Assembly (NCBI GenBank): GCA_937625935.1
Contig: OW569347.1
Location: forward strand, 62,001-126,000
Source: Tetramitus jugosus
Lineage: Eukaryota; Protista; Heterolobosea
Direction: 5' to 3'
DNA length: 64,000 bases
How positions within the stretch are numbered: position 1 is the stretch's first letter; every line of letters starts with the position of its first letter. Under the pieces are notes generated by a model. That model ran no database searches, was not told where the DNA came from, and saw nothing but the letters and a program-made list of their open reading frames with translations. This document shows positions 1 to 13,900 of the stretch, piece by piece. The translations under genes and the position numbers were made by a program.

Positions 1-567
1 CTTAATTCTCTGGTGTTGTTCTCTTGTTGAATCCACACCATTCCTATCCTGTATCATTCCTCCCCCAGTGTGGGATCCCCACTACCCAACCCTTATTTAT
101 TCTTATTATGATTTTACCATTTATGTATGAGAACTCACACAGCAGGAGTCTTAGAGATTACGTTTGTCACGATGTGATGAGTAGAGAGCATTTGTCAAGC
201 GTAGAGTATCCAATTTTGAGAGAGTAAAGGGTACTCAGACTGAACTACCAGTCCTCTATGGTTTCTATATCGGCCAACGTTTTTATCATTAAACATTAGA
301 GGTTCATTCAAGTGAGTCCAACTCTTTTGCAACGGTGTTTGCTTGTGTGTTGTCACTTTCATTTGTATCTGTCACCCTCCATTGAATAACATCATTGTGA
401 CACGTTTGGTAGTAGTTTGTGGCAAGTTGGTTCTCTCCCACTGGTGCAAATTCACTCAGCAAGATATCTTTCCTTTCTACTTCTTCGAGAATGATAGGGA
501 CTGTTTCTTTGAGCAGAGGAATGTCAGGTAAGTTTCGAACAGCTTCAACGTCCCGTTGTAAAGTTGG

Positions 568-1885
568 CTATCTGGATTTTTTCTTGTTCGCTTTGGAGTT
601 AGGACCTGGTTTTGGGAACCTTAGGTTACTCTGTTTGGGTTTGTGAGGAGATTCTGACAATCGAGAGGATGTTCGTACAGGGAACTGCTTTGGTTCTCCT
701 AATTCCTGCTTTCTATTGATTGCTGATAATCTTGGTGAGCAAGGAACAGATAGGTTCAAGTGGTTGTACACACCACATTCTTTACTCTGGAAAGTATCGG
801 AGTTAACTCGTGTCATAACCCAATCATTAAAAGTCAGTCGAGAAATACCTTATCGATAACGATTTTCATTGAGAGAAGTTTCTCTGTGCATGGTCTCTTC
901 TCTGGCTGTAATGTCAAGCAGCACTGAACAAGTTTTGTTAAGTCGCTCGAGTAGAACGAACCAATGGGAGTGTATTTTCCCTTCAAAATCTTCAGTATGA
1001 GGGCTGCTTGATTAGTTGCTTCAAAAGGATGTTTGAATGTGCACATCTCATACAGTATACAACCGACAGCCCATATATCAGACTTTTCTGTAAGCAAGGT
1101 TAGAAGTCATATCTTTTGTATGTGATAACACTCATATACTCATATGAGACTAGAAAGTTCCATACCTGCATAAGGCTTGTTCTCACACAATTCAGGCGAT
1201 AGATAATAAGGTGTTCCAACCAATGTTCTTGCCAAGCTTCTCGTATGGCTCAACACTCTAGACACGCCAAAATCACCAATCTTTACATGGTCATTCTCAT
1301 CCAAGAAAATATTCATCGTTTTCATATCTCTGTGAAGAATCTTTTGATTGTGTACATCTTCTCAATCATTAGACATTATCCATATAGACCCAAAAACTAA
1401 AAAGTAAGAATACGTCATACAGTTCAATCCATGGAGAATTTCTAATAAGTATCTCCATATCTTCTTCTCTGGCAACTTCTTACCGTTCCTCCTTGTTAAT
1501 ACATCGTCCAGAGTACCTTGAGAGGCATACTCCATAACGATGTTCAGCTTCTTATCTTCAGAGATGAATGAATCATAATATCTAATAATACATGAATGAT
1601 CGAGAGCTGCCAAGATATGGACCTCCTGTAGGATATCTAACTGTTCCTGCTTTGCCATTCCACTGATATTAATCTGTTTGATTACATAAAATCGGTCATC
1701 AACTTTTTCAAAGCAAAAGGTTACCTTCGGATGACTGTAGTGAACACTGAAAGATTCATAAACATACTCTTGCGCCTCACTCGAAACACAAGGCCATAAC
1801 TACCCTCACCAATGGACTCAATGAACTCAAAATCAGCAATGGTTGACTTTGGAATGGTGGTTTTGCTAGTCAAATCGGTTGTCAT
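568..1885 (-). CDS. NIMA-related (NEK) Ser/Thr protein kinase, 5 exons (1885-1768, 1702-1421, 1357-1166, 1087-849, 786-568); C-terminal end uncertain (may extend to 304)
   Basis: Splicing GT-AG introns 1703-1767, 1358-1420, 1088-1165 and 787-848 restores one frame: IGEGSYG...YVIKQI...NIVMEYA...[13 protein letters not shown]...[11 protein letters not shown]...[27 protein letters not shown]. These are NEK-type motifs. Confidence 0.88.
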
Positions 1886-1979
1886 TTCATTTCGTTTTTT
1901 CCGAAATGCTGGATTTCCAACTACAGCTGCAAAAGAGTCAAGAAAGAATGACAAACAATTAATTTTATGTAAAATTGTT

Positions 1980-4900
1980 TCAGCTTGACTTGAAATGGTG
2001 ATAAGAATGAGAGTGAGTGTTAGGCCAATCGAATATGACCATGAATACAAGAGTAGCTATCACAGCACTCAAAATGAGAGTTAACATCCGAAGAATGGTT
2101 GAGACACAGCTTCTTCTTGATGATGAAATCGTAGCAGGCGTCAGAGAGGGTGATTGTACAATGTTGGTTCCAGAAGACGATTCGATACTTGGTGCATTGG
2201 ACAACGAATCGACAGTTAGTTCCGACGGTTCGATGACTTCCTCGACCTCTGCATCTATTGAACAAACATTGGCCAAATCATTATCGTGGCATTTGTCCTT
2301 ATCAGTGACACGGGATGGACTAATAACTTCTGATGAGTCACCAAACTCTGGTGATGTCACAGAGGAAGCCACGGTAGCATCTGGCAGCACAGCTCTGGAG
2401 TAATCCAGTGAATGAAGTGAGAGCAGATCGAGAGTGGAAACCAACATGCGATTTGTTTTGGTGGAGGATATTGAGATGGAGTTGCTTTCGTAAGACGTAT
2501 CGGTCTTGTTCTCATGCCCAGCAGATGTGGTTGACTGAGAAAGAGATGAGTTGTCAATGGTGGAACGCAATAGTGCTTGAATAGTTTCAATGTCAGTGAT
2601 TGCATCTTCATCCATTCGATTGTGCACTTGAAGGAATATGCTCTGAAGAGCTTCGATCGATTTAGTCGTGTAAACACAAGAGTGGGCTCGAATAGAACTC
2701 TGGAGAGCAAGTTGATCATTGATCTTTGATTGCTCAGCTGACCATGTCAACATATCATGAATAGAGTTCCCTGAAGCAGATCGAATCATTGATTGAATCA
2801 CAGTGATGTTTGGATCGTGATAACCGCTCAATTGAACATCAACGATGCTCATTCTAATAGCTGATTGTATCGAGCAAGTATGATTATGAGGTGGATGCAA
2901 GGATGATCGAATTCTTGATTGCAAAGTGAGTATTTGTGTGCCAATATGCTCGACCTTATTGCTCGCACATGAAGAGCGTAGCAACGCCTGTATTTCGCAA
3001 CAATCATGATACTCAACCGGATGGCTCGATTGTAAACCTGCCCTGAATAATGCGGAGGTTCTGACAACAAGCGATGTGTCATGCGAGCTCATTCGACATA
3101 ATCCTTCCAAACCCTCTATCGCATATTGAATCTGAGTCATTTCATTGAGAGCAAGGGTGCACTTCGTCTGATCGTGAATGCTTCGAATTGAGCGATATGC
3201 GTTTCTGACTGTTTCGCAGTTAGGCCAATGGATAACTTGTTGCAGATTGTACAGATGATCTGTGACAGTATCCATACTTGGATATTTTGAATCCGAACGT
3301 ATTAATGATTGAATAATTCTAATTCCATTGATTGCATCTTCTATTATATATAATGCATTCGAACGCATTATTGCTTGGATAGTTTCAATTCCAGTGATGG
3401 CATCTTCATCCGTTCTATTGTGCACTTGAGAGAATTTGCTCTGCAGAGTATCGATTGATTTGGTTGTGTAAAGACAGAAGCGGGTTCGAATAGAACTCTG
3501 AAGAACAAGTTGATCGTAGAGCCTTGGTGATTCAATCTGTTCCCTAGCCTGATATCTCAAGTGCGCTTGAATTCGACAGATATCCAGCACTCCTGACGGT
3601 TCAGATGGCAGAAACAGAGTGGAGAGCTTGTCGAGATCTGTCAACATATCATGAATAGAGTTCTCTGAAGCAGATCGAATCACTGATTGAATCATAGTAA
3701 TGTTTGGATCGTGATGACGGTTTGAGTGGACCATTCGGATAGCCGATTGTATCTCGCCGACAGCGCGATCAAACGGTACTTGCAAAGAGGGATGAGTTGT
3801 TGACTGCAAAGTGAGTATTTGTGTGCCAATATGTTTGACCTTATTGTTCACATTTGAAGAATGCGTCAATGCCTGAACTGTGCAACAACCTTGATACTCA
3901 GCCGAGTGGTCAGAGAGCAATCTCATGCTTATGAGTGCATAGATTCCATCAACGGGTGGTGTATCATGCAATTTCATTTGACACAGTCCCTCCAAACACT
4001 CTATCGCATATCGAGTCTGATTCATTTCGCTGGAAGAAAGAATGCACTTCGTTTGGTCATGAATATTTCTAATTGCACGATATGGGCTTGCTGGTTCATA
4101 GGTGGACGAACGAATAGCTTGTTGCAGTTTGGACAGCTGGCATGATAGATAATTCGTGTGTTGATAAATAGGGAGCCAAGCCATTAATGATTGAATAAGT
4201 CCAATTCCAAGGATTGTATCTTCTATTCGATTGTGCATTTGAGAGAATTTGTTCTGGAGAGTTTCAATCGATTTAGTTGTGCAAACATAAGAATGGGATC
4301 GGATAGAGCTCTGGACAGCAAGTTGATCATTGATCTTTGATTGCTCAGCTTGTGGATTTCTGAGTTGCGATTGAATCTGACAGATATCCAGCACTCTTGA
4401 TGGTTCAGATGGCATGAACAAAACGGACAACCTATCGAAACATGTCAACTTATCACGAATCGAGTTTTCTGAAGCAGATCGAATCATTGATTGAATCATA
4501 GTGATCGTTGGGCTCGAAGCAACATCTGTGATGCTCATACTGAGGGCTGATTGTATCACACAAATATGATTGCAAGGTACATGCAAGGATGATCGAATTT
4601 CTGCCTGTAAAGTGAGGAGTTGTTGGCAAAGGAGCAAAGCGCTCTCAGGATGTTCGATTGTATTTATCACACAAGAAGAACGCACTAATGCTTGAATTGT
4701 GCAACAAGATTGATGCTCGACTAAGTGGCTAGATAGTAGCCCTGCCCTGATTAATGCGGAGGTCCTGACAACAAGCGATGTGTCAAGCGAGCTCATTCGA
4801 CATAATCCTTCCAGACACTCTATCGCATATTGAATCTGATTCATTTCGCTGAAAGCAAGAGTACACTCGGTCTGATCGTGAATAGTTTGAATTGCACGAT

Positions 4901-7900
4901 ATGTGCTACTCGTTGTTTGGTTTGATGAGGGAATGACTTGTTGCAGCTTGGACATATGATCTGCGACAGTATCCATTAGTAGATATGTTGCATTAGAACG
5001 CATTATTGCTTGGATAGTTTCAATTCCAGTGACCTCATCTTCATCCATTCGATTGTGCACTTGAAAGAATTTGCTCTGCAGAGTATCGATTGATTTGGTT
5101 GCATAAACACAGAAACGGGTTCGACTAGAACTCTGAAGTCGATCGAAGAGGCTTGGTGATTCAATCAGTTTTCTGTCCTGGTTTCTGAGGTGAGCTTGAA
5201 TCTGACACACATTCAGCACTCTTGATGGTTCAGATGGCAAAAACAACATGGAGAGCATTTCGAGATATGTCAACATATCATGAATAGAGTTCCCTGAAGC
5301 AGATCGAATCATTGATTGAATCACAGTGATGTTTGGATCGTGATAACCGCTCAATTGAACATCAACGATGCTCATTCTAATAGCTGATTGTATCGAGCAA
5401 GTATGATTATGAGGTGGATGCAAGGATGATCGAATTCTTGATTGCAAAGTGAGTATTTGTGTGCCAATATGCTCGACCTTATTGCTCGCACATGAAGAGC
5501 GTAGCAACGCCTGTATTTCGCAACAATCGTGATACTCAACCGGATGGCTCGATTGTAAACCTGTCCTGATTAATGCGGAGGTTCTGACAACAAGCGATGT
5601 GTCATGCGAGCTCATTCGACATAATCCTGCCAAACATTCTATCGCACACTGAATCTGACTCATTTCGCTGGAAGCAAGAGTGCAGTTAGCCTGATCATGA
5701 ATATTTCGAAGTGAGCGATATGAGGCATCCATCATTTCATAGTTGGACGAACGAATAATTTCGCGTAGCTGGGACAGATGATACACTACTGTATCAAGCG
5801 TTGGGTATGTTGTGTCCGAACGCATTATTGCTTGAATAGTTTCAATGTCAGTGATTGCATCTTCATCCATTCGATTGTGCACTTGAAGGAATATGCTCTG
5901 AAGAGCTTCGATCGATTTAGTCGTGTAAACACAAGAGTGGGCTCGAATAGAACTCTGGAGAGCAAGTTGATCATTGATCTTTGATTGCTCAGCTTGTGGA
6001 TTTCTGAGGTGAGCTTGAATCTGACACACATTCAGCACTCTTGGTGATTCAGATGACATTAACAAAGCGGACAGCTCAGCTGACCATGTCAACATATCAT
6101 GAATAGAGTGCTCTGCAGCAGACCGAATCATTGATTGGATCATAGTAATACTTGGATCGTGATAACAGCTTGAGCGAATGTCAGTGGTGCTTATTCTGAG
6201 AACTTGTTGGATCACACTAATATGATTGCAAGGTACGTGCAAGGATGATCGAATTGATGACTGCAAAGGAAGTAAATAGTCGTCAGATCGAAACTGAATA
6301 AAGTATTTTGCAAGTACATTCTCCTTCCTAGTCATCGCCTGAACACAACAAGTATCACGTACTGGGTCGGTAACATGAACGCTCATTGTTCGAATTGCGC
6401 TCTCAACTACTCCCAAAGAGTCCTTTGAGTAATGGAGTTTACGCTCCTCCAGATTGGTGATAGTCAAGTTCTGAATTGTGGATAGTTGTTTCGTATTGTT
6501 CAACGTCAACGGATCCGTCGAGCGTGAAGCTTGTATTGCCATCAGATGCTTGGATACATTTCCTAGCATCAAACACTTAGCAAGTCTCACACTATTGGCT
6601 TGAATAATGCTGGTTTGACGTTGGAGAGGCTGCTTCAGGGCATGTTCTCTAATCGCAGCTTGGAGTTGTGTAATACTTCCCATATCAAGCAAATGGCATT
6701 GAAGTTGACTCTGTATAGGCAGAAATCGATTCATATAGTTGTCTCGCTGTAGAGTTGATTGAATCGTACGGAGTGTCTCCTCTTGATATTGTGAAGCATT
6801 TACAGCACCACGCATAATAGATTGCAATCTCGAAACGGAGGTGGTTTGATCATCTTTCAAAGTGCACAATTGGCATATGAGTTTGACTCTTGAATTAATG
6901 AGATATCTTTCAAGTATTGGAGGAATATGAGCGAAAGAACAAACGGTGTCTGTTGCAGTTCTCATCCGAACTGTAGCTTGAATTGCAGTGCATCGGGAAA
7001 TGATATTAAGATTTCTGTTAGAACAGATGAACTTGTTCTGTCTCAAGATCGCCTGAAGAGTATCTATTCTTTGATGCTGGGATACTAGATCAGATTGAGT
7101 TTGACATGTTCTAATCACTCCAAAAAGAGGTTGTAGACCATGCACAGAATGCAAATGGTTTGTAAGGGCTCGACCTAAATGTTCAAGCTTGAAAGCATTC
7201 CACATTTCATAATCGGATTGAACTAATGAGAGGCGAGCCAGGGATTGCAAACTTTGTGTATCGGATAAATACTGTGTGTTCGTAGGCGTTATCAACTTCA
7301 TTGAGATTAGAGAGCTGAGTTGCCTTTGTTCAGTTAGCACAATCAAGTGTTCGCTTTTACGCTCACACATTCGAATGACTGATCTGAGAACATCATAAAG
7401 ACTAAATTGTCTCATCCTCATCCCTATCACACTTTGGATCAGTTTTATATGAGATAGGGCGCAGGATTGAGTTCTTATTACGCTTGCAATCGCACTAACT
7501 TTGGTATTCATCGTTAAATTTTGATGGGTAGAAGGATTATCATTGCCTAGAATATCTATCAAAGCGAGAACAGACTCGCGTCTTGAAGAGTAATCCACAA
7601 CGCAAATTCGAGAATGAACAGCACTCTGAACGATGGCCACACACCGCAACATATGCTGTGCCGCAGCGGTTCGATGAATTACATTTAAGACAAGTGCCTG
7701 TGATCTGATAATCTCAGTTGTTCTACACTCCCTCTTCATCAAAGCCTGGATATGCTTCATCTTGGAAGATGATAAGTCGAGGGCTAATGTGTCAGAATGA
7801 AGGATACTCTCGATTCTCATTAGGTCAATTCGTGCTAACCGAAAGGCATTATTCACCTCGTTCTTGTGCATCATGCTTTCTATCGCTACAGTATTCGCGT

Positions 7901-10900
7901 ATTCAGAGCAGCATTGTGTGATACAAATGTTTGAGCGAATAATACTCTGAAGAGAACCAACCCATGCATCGGTGTGAGTACTGAGAAGTGAGCGAAAGAC
8001 TGAGCAGAGCTTTTCGCAGGATACATCTCGAGCAGGTTGAGACCTAGCGGCACTTTGAATTGAGAGCATATGTGGTGAAAGTGTAGAATGTCCCAATTCC
8101 ACCGCTCGTGATCTGACAATACTGTCAATAGTGAGCACTCCTGTGATCTTATCGTGGATAGATGGAGTTAAGATATTGGTCCGAGTGATGAGCCCGGTCA
8201 ACAGGTTAGTGATTAGGTATGAGTGAGAGTGATCTGAGACGAAGCTCCTGGCACGAAAAGCGCCTTGGATAATCCTTACTTCACGAGAGTGTTCTAATCC
8301 CTGTGTTGGAGAGAGGTTCAAGTCACCAGTCGAGAGAGCTACGAGTTTTTCCACAAACACTGCTTGAATCGCCCGTACCATTCGAATATTATTGGATGGA
8401 CAAGCAATGATTAGACTTTGAATTCGCTCCACACTGCTATTCACTATTTCAAGCCTAAACAACCTTAGTTGGATTGTGGCTATTAGAGTACTTAAAGAAA
8501 CATGCGGATGCAGTTTCAATCGAATCATACTTTGAAGAGAGAGCACACTATTAAAGGGCAGAAGTGGAAGGGATCGAATCGAACTTTCAATTACGAGTGC
8601 CTCTTGCGTTCTAATTTCTTGTCTTAATGAACGAATATGGCACTGGATTAACTTTGTATCATGTAATCTTTGCATGTGAGAACATAAGTTGTAATCCGAG
8701 AGATGATGCGCCGACAAGATTTGAATAGCAGAAAGTGATTCGACTTCTTTGTTGTGAGTACTCTTCATACGAATACTTGCGTTTAGAACATCCGAATTGT
8801 GATCGTGGTTGTTCTTTCTCATTATGCTTAAAATCGGCAGTATGCCGTCAGCAAGTTGTGATATGACGGGCGTAATTGTGTTGGATCTCATAATACTCTC
8901 AATAGGGAGCATTTGTTCAAGAGCTGTACATGATTCATCAATTGGGTGATTATCCTGACGAAATATATTTTGCAACATCAGCATACCGGAGTGCCTGCCA
9001 GAGTTGTGTAACAAAATATTGAATAACCGTATACTACTTTGTAAAATTTCGACCTGAGTCACCATTGAGCGAAGCTGGATACAATGCTGAATCATACCCA
9101 ATGAATTCTTGCTCGTTTCAACAAAGTAACGAAGAATATTCGCTTGAATTACATCGATTTCCTGGAAAGATAGAAGCGATGGACTCAACACGATGCTGTG
9201 GAGTCGATCAATTTCAATTGATCGAGCATAATAATTATTTTCATCTATGTACATTCGCAACATTGAGGACAACGTATCATCAAAACCTTGTTGTTTGGAT
9301 TTCAATCTTATCAAACTTTGGACTGACACAAGGTCCTGTAAATGTTGAGTATAGATGGGATTTGATCGTAGCAAGCTTTCAAGTACTATTACCTTGCTTG
9401 TTAGGTGTTCGGAGCGACACCCTTGTGTTCTAATCTGACTTTCCAGAGTGACATAGGGCATAATACACGGTCCTATTGGTACACTCTTCGATCGGAAAAT
9501 ATCTTGGATATCTCTGATTTTCGAAAGTATGACCTGGGATTGAGCAGATTTCTGTATTGTTGGAAGGATCAGTGCCAAGGTGTTGGGTGGACACCGACGA
9601 AATATAGCTTGTATCAGGCCAACCTGAGTTGATAGATCTGAAGAATTAATTTGAGACTTGTACCTAACTACACTTTGTAGGGATGAGAGTTGACATCCAA
9701 ATTGGGCAGACGTCAGTTGCTCTGTACACAGTGTCATAAAACTTTGTAGTACAGATACCTCCATTAATCCACCCTGCGAATTGATTGTGTTCATTCTCGC
9801 AATTGCGTGAATTGTTCCATAATTTTGTTGGTAAGAGAGTATCACTGAGCGAATCAGAGATTGTAGTACTATGGTGAATGAGTCCAGAGTATGTCTGTTA
9901 TATCTCTGACTTCTCGAAATTATGAGTTGACGAAGTGTATCGACCTGGATGGTATCAAATGGAGGAGTAATTGATTGTTTCACTGACGCGTACAACCAAC
10001 TGAGAGTGGAGGGATCAAACTGTGGCTTGACAAGGGCTTGTAGAACACTCACACTGGAAACAGATCGGAAACAGCGTGTTTTCCGTATGACTGCTTGGAT
10101 AGTACTGATTGGTGCCGGGTCCTCCGAGCGGCGTCTTACTAAGGCTTGCACAATCATTACACTGTTAAGATATGTAAGTTCATCAAGCAACTTATGACTA
10201 TCACCGCAGAGAGCTAATAATGATTTCATCCGAATTACAGATTGGATATGCCTGATGTTAAAAAAATCGGTGGATCTGACACGAAACACTGATTGCACTG
10301 CCTTAGCATGCCAGAAACGACAGAGAGTGTTGTCGTTCCGAATAACTGCTTGTAGCCTCAAAACTTCAGTATTAGATGTTCTTGACAACCCAACTCTAAT
10401 AGCTGCTCCGATTAACTTATTGCAATTCGTACGTGCTTCATCTATGGATTTTGAAGCACCACGAATTAAGTGCTGCAACATTCCGAACTGATCAATGTGA
10501 CGGACAGTATTCCGCCTAATATTCGATTGCAACCATGTACATTCCATATCTGACCGGAGGTACAGACAGGTTCTCAAGAAGGACTGTGCAATTAACAATT
10601 CACGAGCTAGAGACACCTTACGTGCGCCATAACTCGTTAAAGTCGCTTGCAAGCGTGACATACTATCCATTATGTCCCTTTCCTCAGAACGCATCATGGA
10701 TTGTAACATAATCACATATTGTGTCAACTCAGAATGTTGATCATTTAAGAGAGGTACCTTTGTGAAGGGACACATAAAACGCTCAAACTTTTGCTTCAAT
10801 GTTGCTTGAAGAAGATGGGTTTGCTCAACAATCGACTGTTGAGCAGCCACTTGTTTCAATCCTATAGGCCTGAAACTTGCGGAGAAGGACAAATGAAAGT

Positions 10901-13900
10901 CATCTTCGATCTCATCTTGTGCGCGCTCAATCCATAAGAACACCAAGTTCTTTTTACTGATCGTACTTCGTATAGTCGCTTGTAACGACTGAATAGATCG
11001 AAAATTGAGATTCTCACATCGTCCTCGTAATACAGATTGAACTGTTGTACAAAAGCTTATGGTTTCGCATACTGCTACTGATGCCGAGGCAGCGGTGGTT
11101 TGTATTGGTGATATCATATCACCTATCTTGTATTCATTTGCTTTGGTTAGAGTTTGAATGATCGATATCATGCGACGTATCCATGCGATATCCCTCATAT
11201 CTATCAAACAAGTCCTTATCGTTGATTCCACACAGATAACTCTTCTAAAGTTATCCGCATGTTCCAGTACTCCTTTACCTCCTCGCATTACTCTCTGGAT
11301 GAGCAGAATTTGATCTCCACGCTGTTCATGCACACGAACTTGTGCTTGCAACAACCGTATATCATCAGGGAAGACATGGTCAGCAATGACACGTCGTGTT
11401 CTCACACTCGATGCTATGGTTCGGAGCTGACTCGAATGATGAATATGGCTCTGCTGAACAAGACACCGCATTGAACATGCATTCAATTTTAGTGTATCCA
11501 CTAACTCATTCGTACGTACTGCAGATGAATTCACCCTGAGTAAAATTGAGCACGTCCGAAATGAGGTCTTTTTCGACTGAGCTACAAAATATTGTTTCGC
11601 TTTGCTTAGAATTGGAGATATCTGGATAAAGTTATTAGTTGACATTTGTCTCTGGGTTTTCGCAATGATATGAGACGATAACCGTTTAAAATTAGAAACC
11701 CCATTTTCACATAGTGCTCTCCGTATGACAGCTTGAACAGTAGTGACATTCGAGAACAGGTCTGCAACATAAACAACTACAGTAGTGGTAGCAGTAGCTG
11801 ATTGAGTACACTGTAACTTCTCGATATCCTCTTTTCTCTGAGTTTGCAGTTGTTTAAGTATCTTGTAAGACATGGATATAACTAGACTTGTATGTATATA
11901 ACAGTTTGCTTGAGTTTGATCTGCCAGTTTTGCTTGATTCTGTTCGAGCTCTGCTTGACTGAGAGGAAAGGGAAATCGATAGTGATTATCTATAATCATG
12001 TACATGTAGTTCAATTCTTTCAAAGTCAAAATATTGGATATCTTCAAGCTTGAGTTCGGGTCATGTTTGTGCAAAATAACTTGAATCCATTTGATGATCA
12101 GCTCTACTACAGCAACATTATCGAAATCATCGTTTTCATAATCAGCAAGTGCACGCTTATTGTTCGATATGGCAAGCTCCATTTGTTGTCGTTTCTTCTG
12201 CTTGGCGAGAAAGTTTCTAAAGCTTAAGATGGAAGGGATGAAGTTTGGTGACAAATTTCCCAGTGCATCTTCGAACTCTGACTCCTCGCATGGTACAGGA
12301 ACACGCAAATAATTGTGATGGTGAATGATATCCATCGCATTATCGATTCTCCCGTTTCTGATTTCATGTTGTATCATCTTTCGTGCATGATCACAGTTTG
12401 GATCAATTGCACAGATCTCATTTCGAATAAGTTTACGTGCTTTCTGTAACTCTCTACCAGTCAAGAGAGAATTCATATACTGTATTAGAGTCTCTCTTTT
12501 CTCCAACGAGAAATACTTGTCAAATAGAATCTGGCCACTTGATTTCCCTTTGCTCTCGCTTTTCGATTTCTTTTCTTTCTTCACTTTAGCGAGTCCAGGC
12601 AGGCCCCGAACAGATTGTACAAATCTTCTGCTAAGTCTGTTTAATTTGCTATCTCGTTTGTTGGTTGAGCTGTCATTGTCGTTTGTGAAAGAAGAGCGAT
12701 CAGAGAGCTCTGGTGAATTCCCCACCTGGCTGAACCGATTTCTCTTTGGTGTTGAGAAAACTTCATGCGAATTTGGGGTTAAAACAGGCGTCCCTATTTC
12801 AGATTCCAGCTCAGATTCTAATTCATCATCTGACGTATCACTGTCAGACTCACCCTCTGATGATACACTCTCTGCGTCTGTAAATTGCAATGATGACTCG
12901 AGGTTCGTTTTGAGGAAGGGACTTGCGGTAAAGGTTTGAGAGGATGACATTGACGAGAACAAGCTACTAAGCTCTCTTCCGCCTCTCATGATCTGAGGTG
13001 CCTCATCTCCACAAGAACTCATCTCATCTCTCTCTGATCGATCCGTAAAATCCATTGTCTGAATATCCTCCGTTTTCTCTAGTACGATATTTGGGTAGTA
13101 ATCAGAAATGTGTGAAGCAGTGGAATGACTCCTGGAGCGACTGTTGTTAGACAGTGCAACATTTGCTTTCATGCTCTTCCTGGGTGTAATCAGAGAAGCA
13201 ATGTTACGAGCCGAACCGAGAAATCGACTCGTTTTACGTGGAGTTCCACTACCGTTCATTTCGAGATCTGCTTCGTTCAATCGATCTGCCATATCCGAAA
13301 TGTTCAACTTTGGCAAAAATGGTTGCTTTGTCTGTGGTTGCTGCTGCTGCTGTGACATGGAAACACCGTTTACAGAGCTCGTATGTGTCGAATAGGTCGG
13401 TGTCATTGAAAAAGACGAAGAATTTTCGCTGCTGCTATCACTGAGTGAATCTCGATCCGATATTGGATTTCCTGTAAAATCATTCGGTTGTTGTTGTTGT
13501 CCAAAACTGTTGCTCCTACTCCTGCTACCACCACCACCACCACCACTATTATTATTGTTATTGTTACTTCGTGAATTGCCACTATTGAACGAAAAGTGTC
13601 GAAACGTGCCACTTCCACTACTGTTACTGTCTCCTCCGCCACCTCCTCGGGAAAATAATCGTGGTGAAGAGAGTCCACGGCCACTCGTCAATAATTTGGA
13701 ACTGCTTCCCAGATGAAGATTACTATTATTATTATTGTTATTATTGAGCATGAGAGATAAATTGTTGAGGGCAAGTGCCTTTTTGAGGAAAAGTTTTTGT
13801 TGTTCTTCAACCTTTTCCTGGTTCTCGGCTGCCTTACGTGCCTGTTCCTTTTGTTCGTCATCTCGCTTATCATCCGCAAATTTCATCACTAGTGGAATTT

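Noticed and set aside
568-570. Alternative genetic code (TAG reassignment)
   Set aside because: TAA, TAG and TGA all terminate other genes in the window, and long conserved genes have no in-frame stops.
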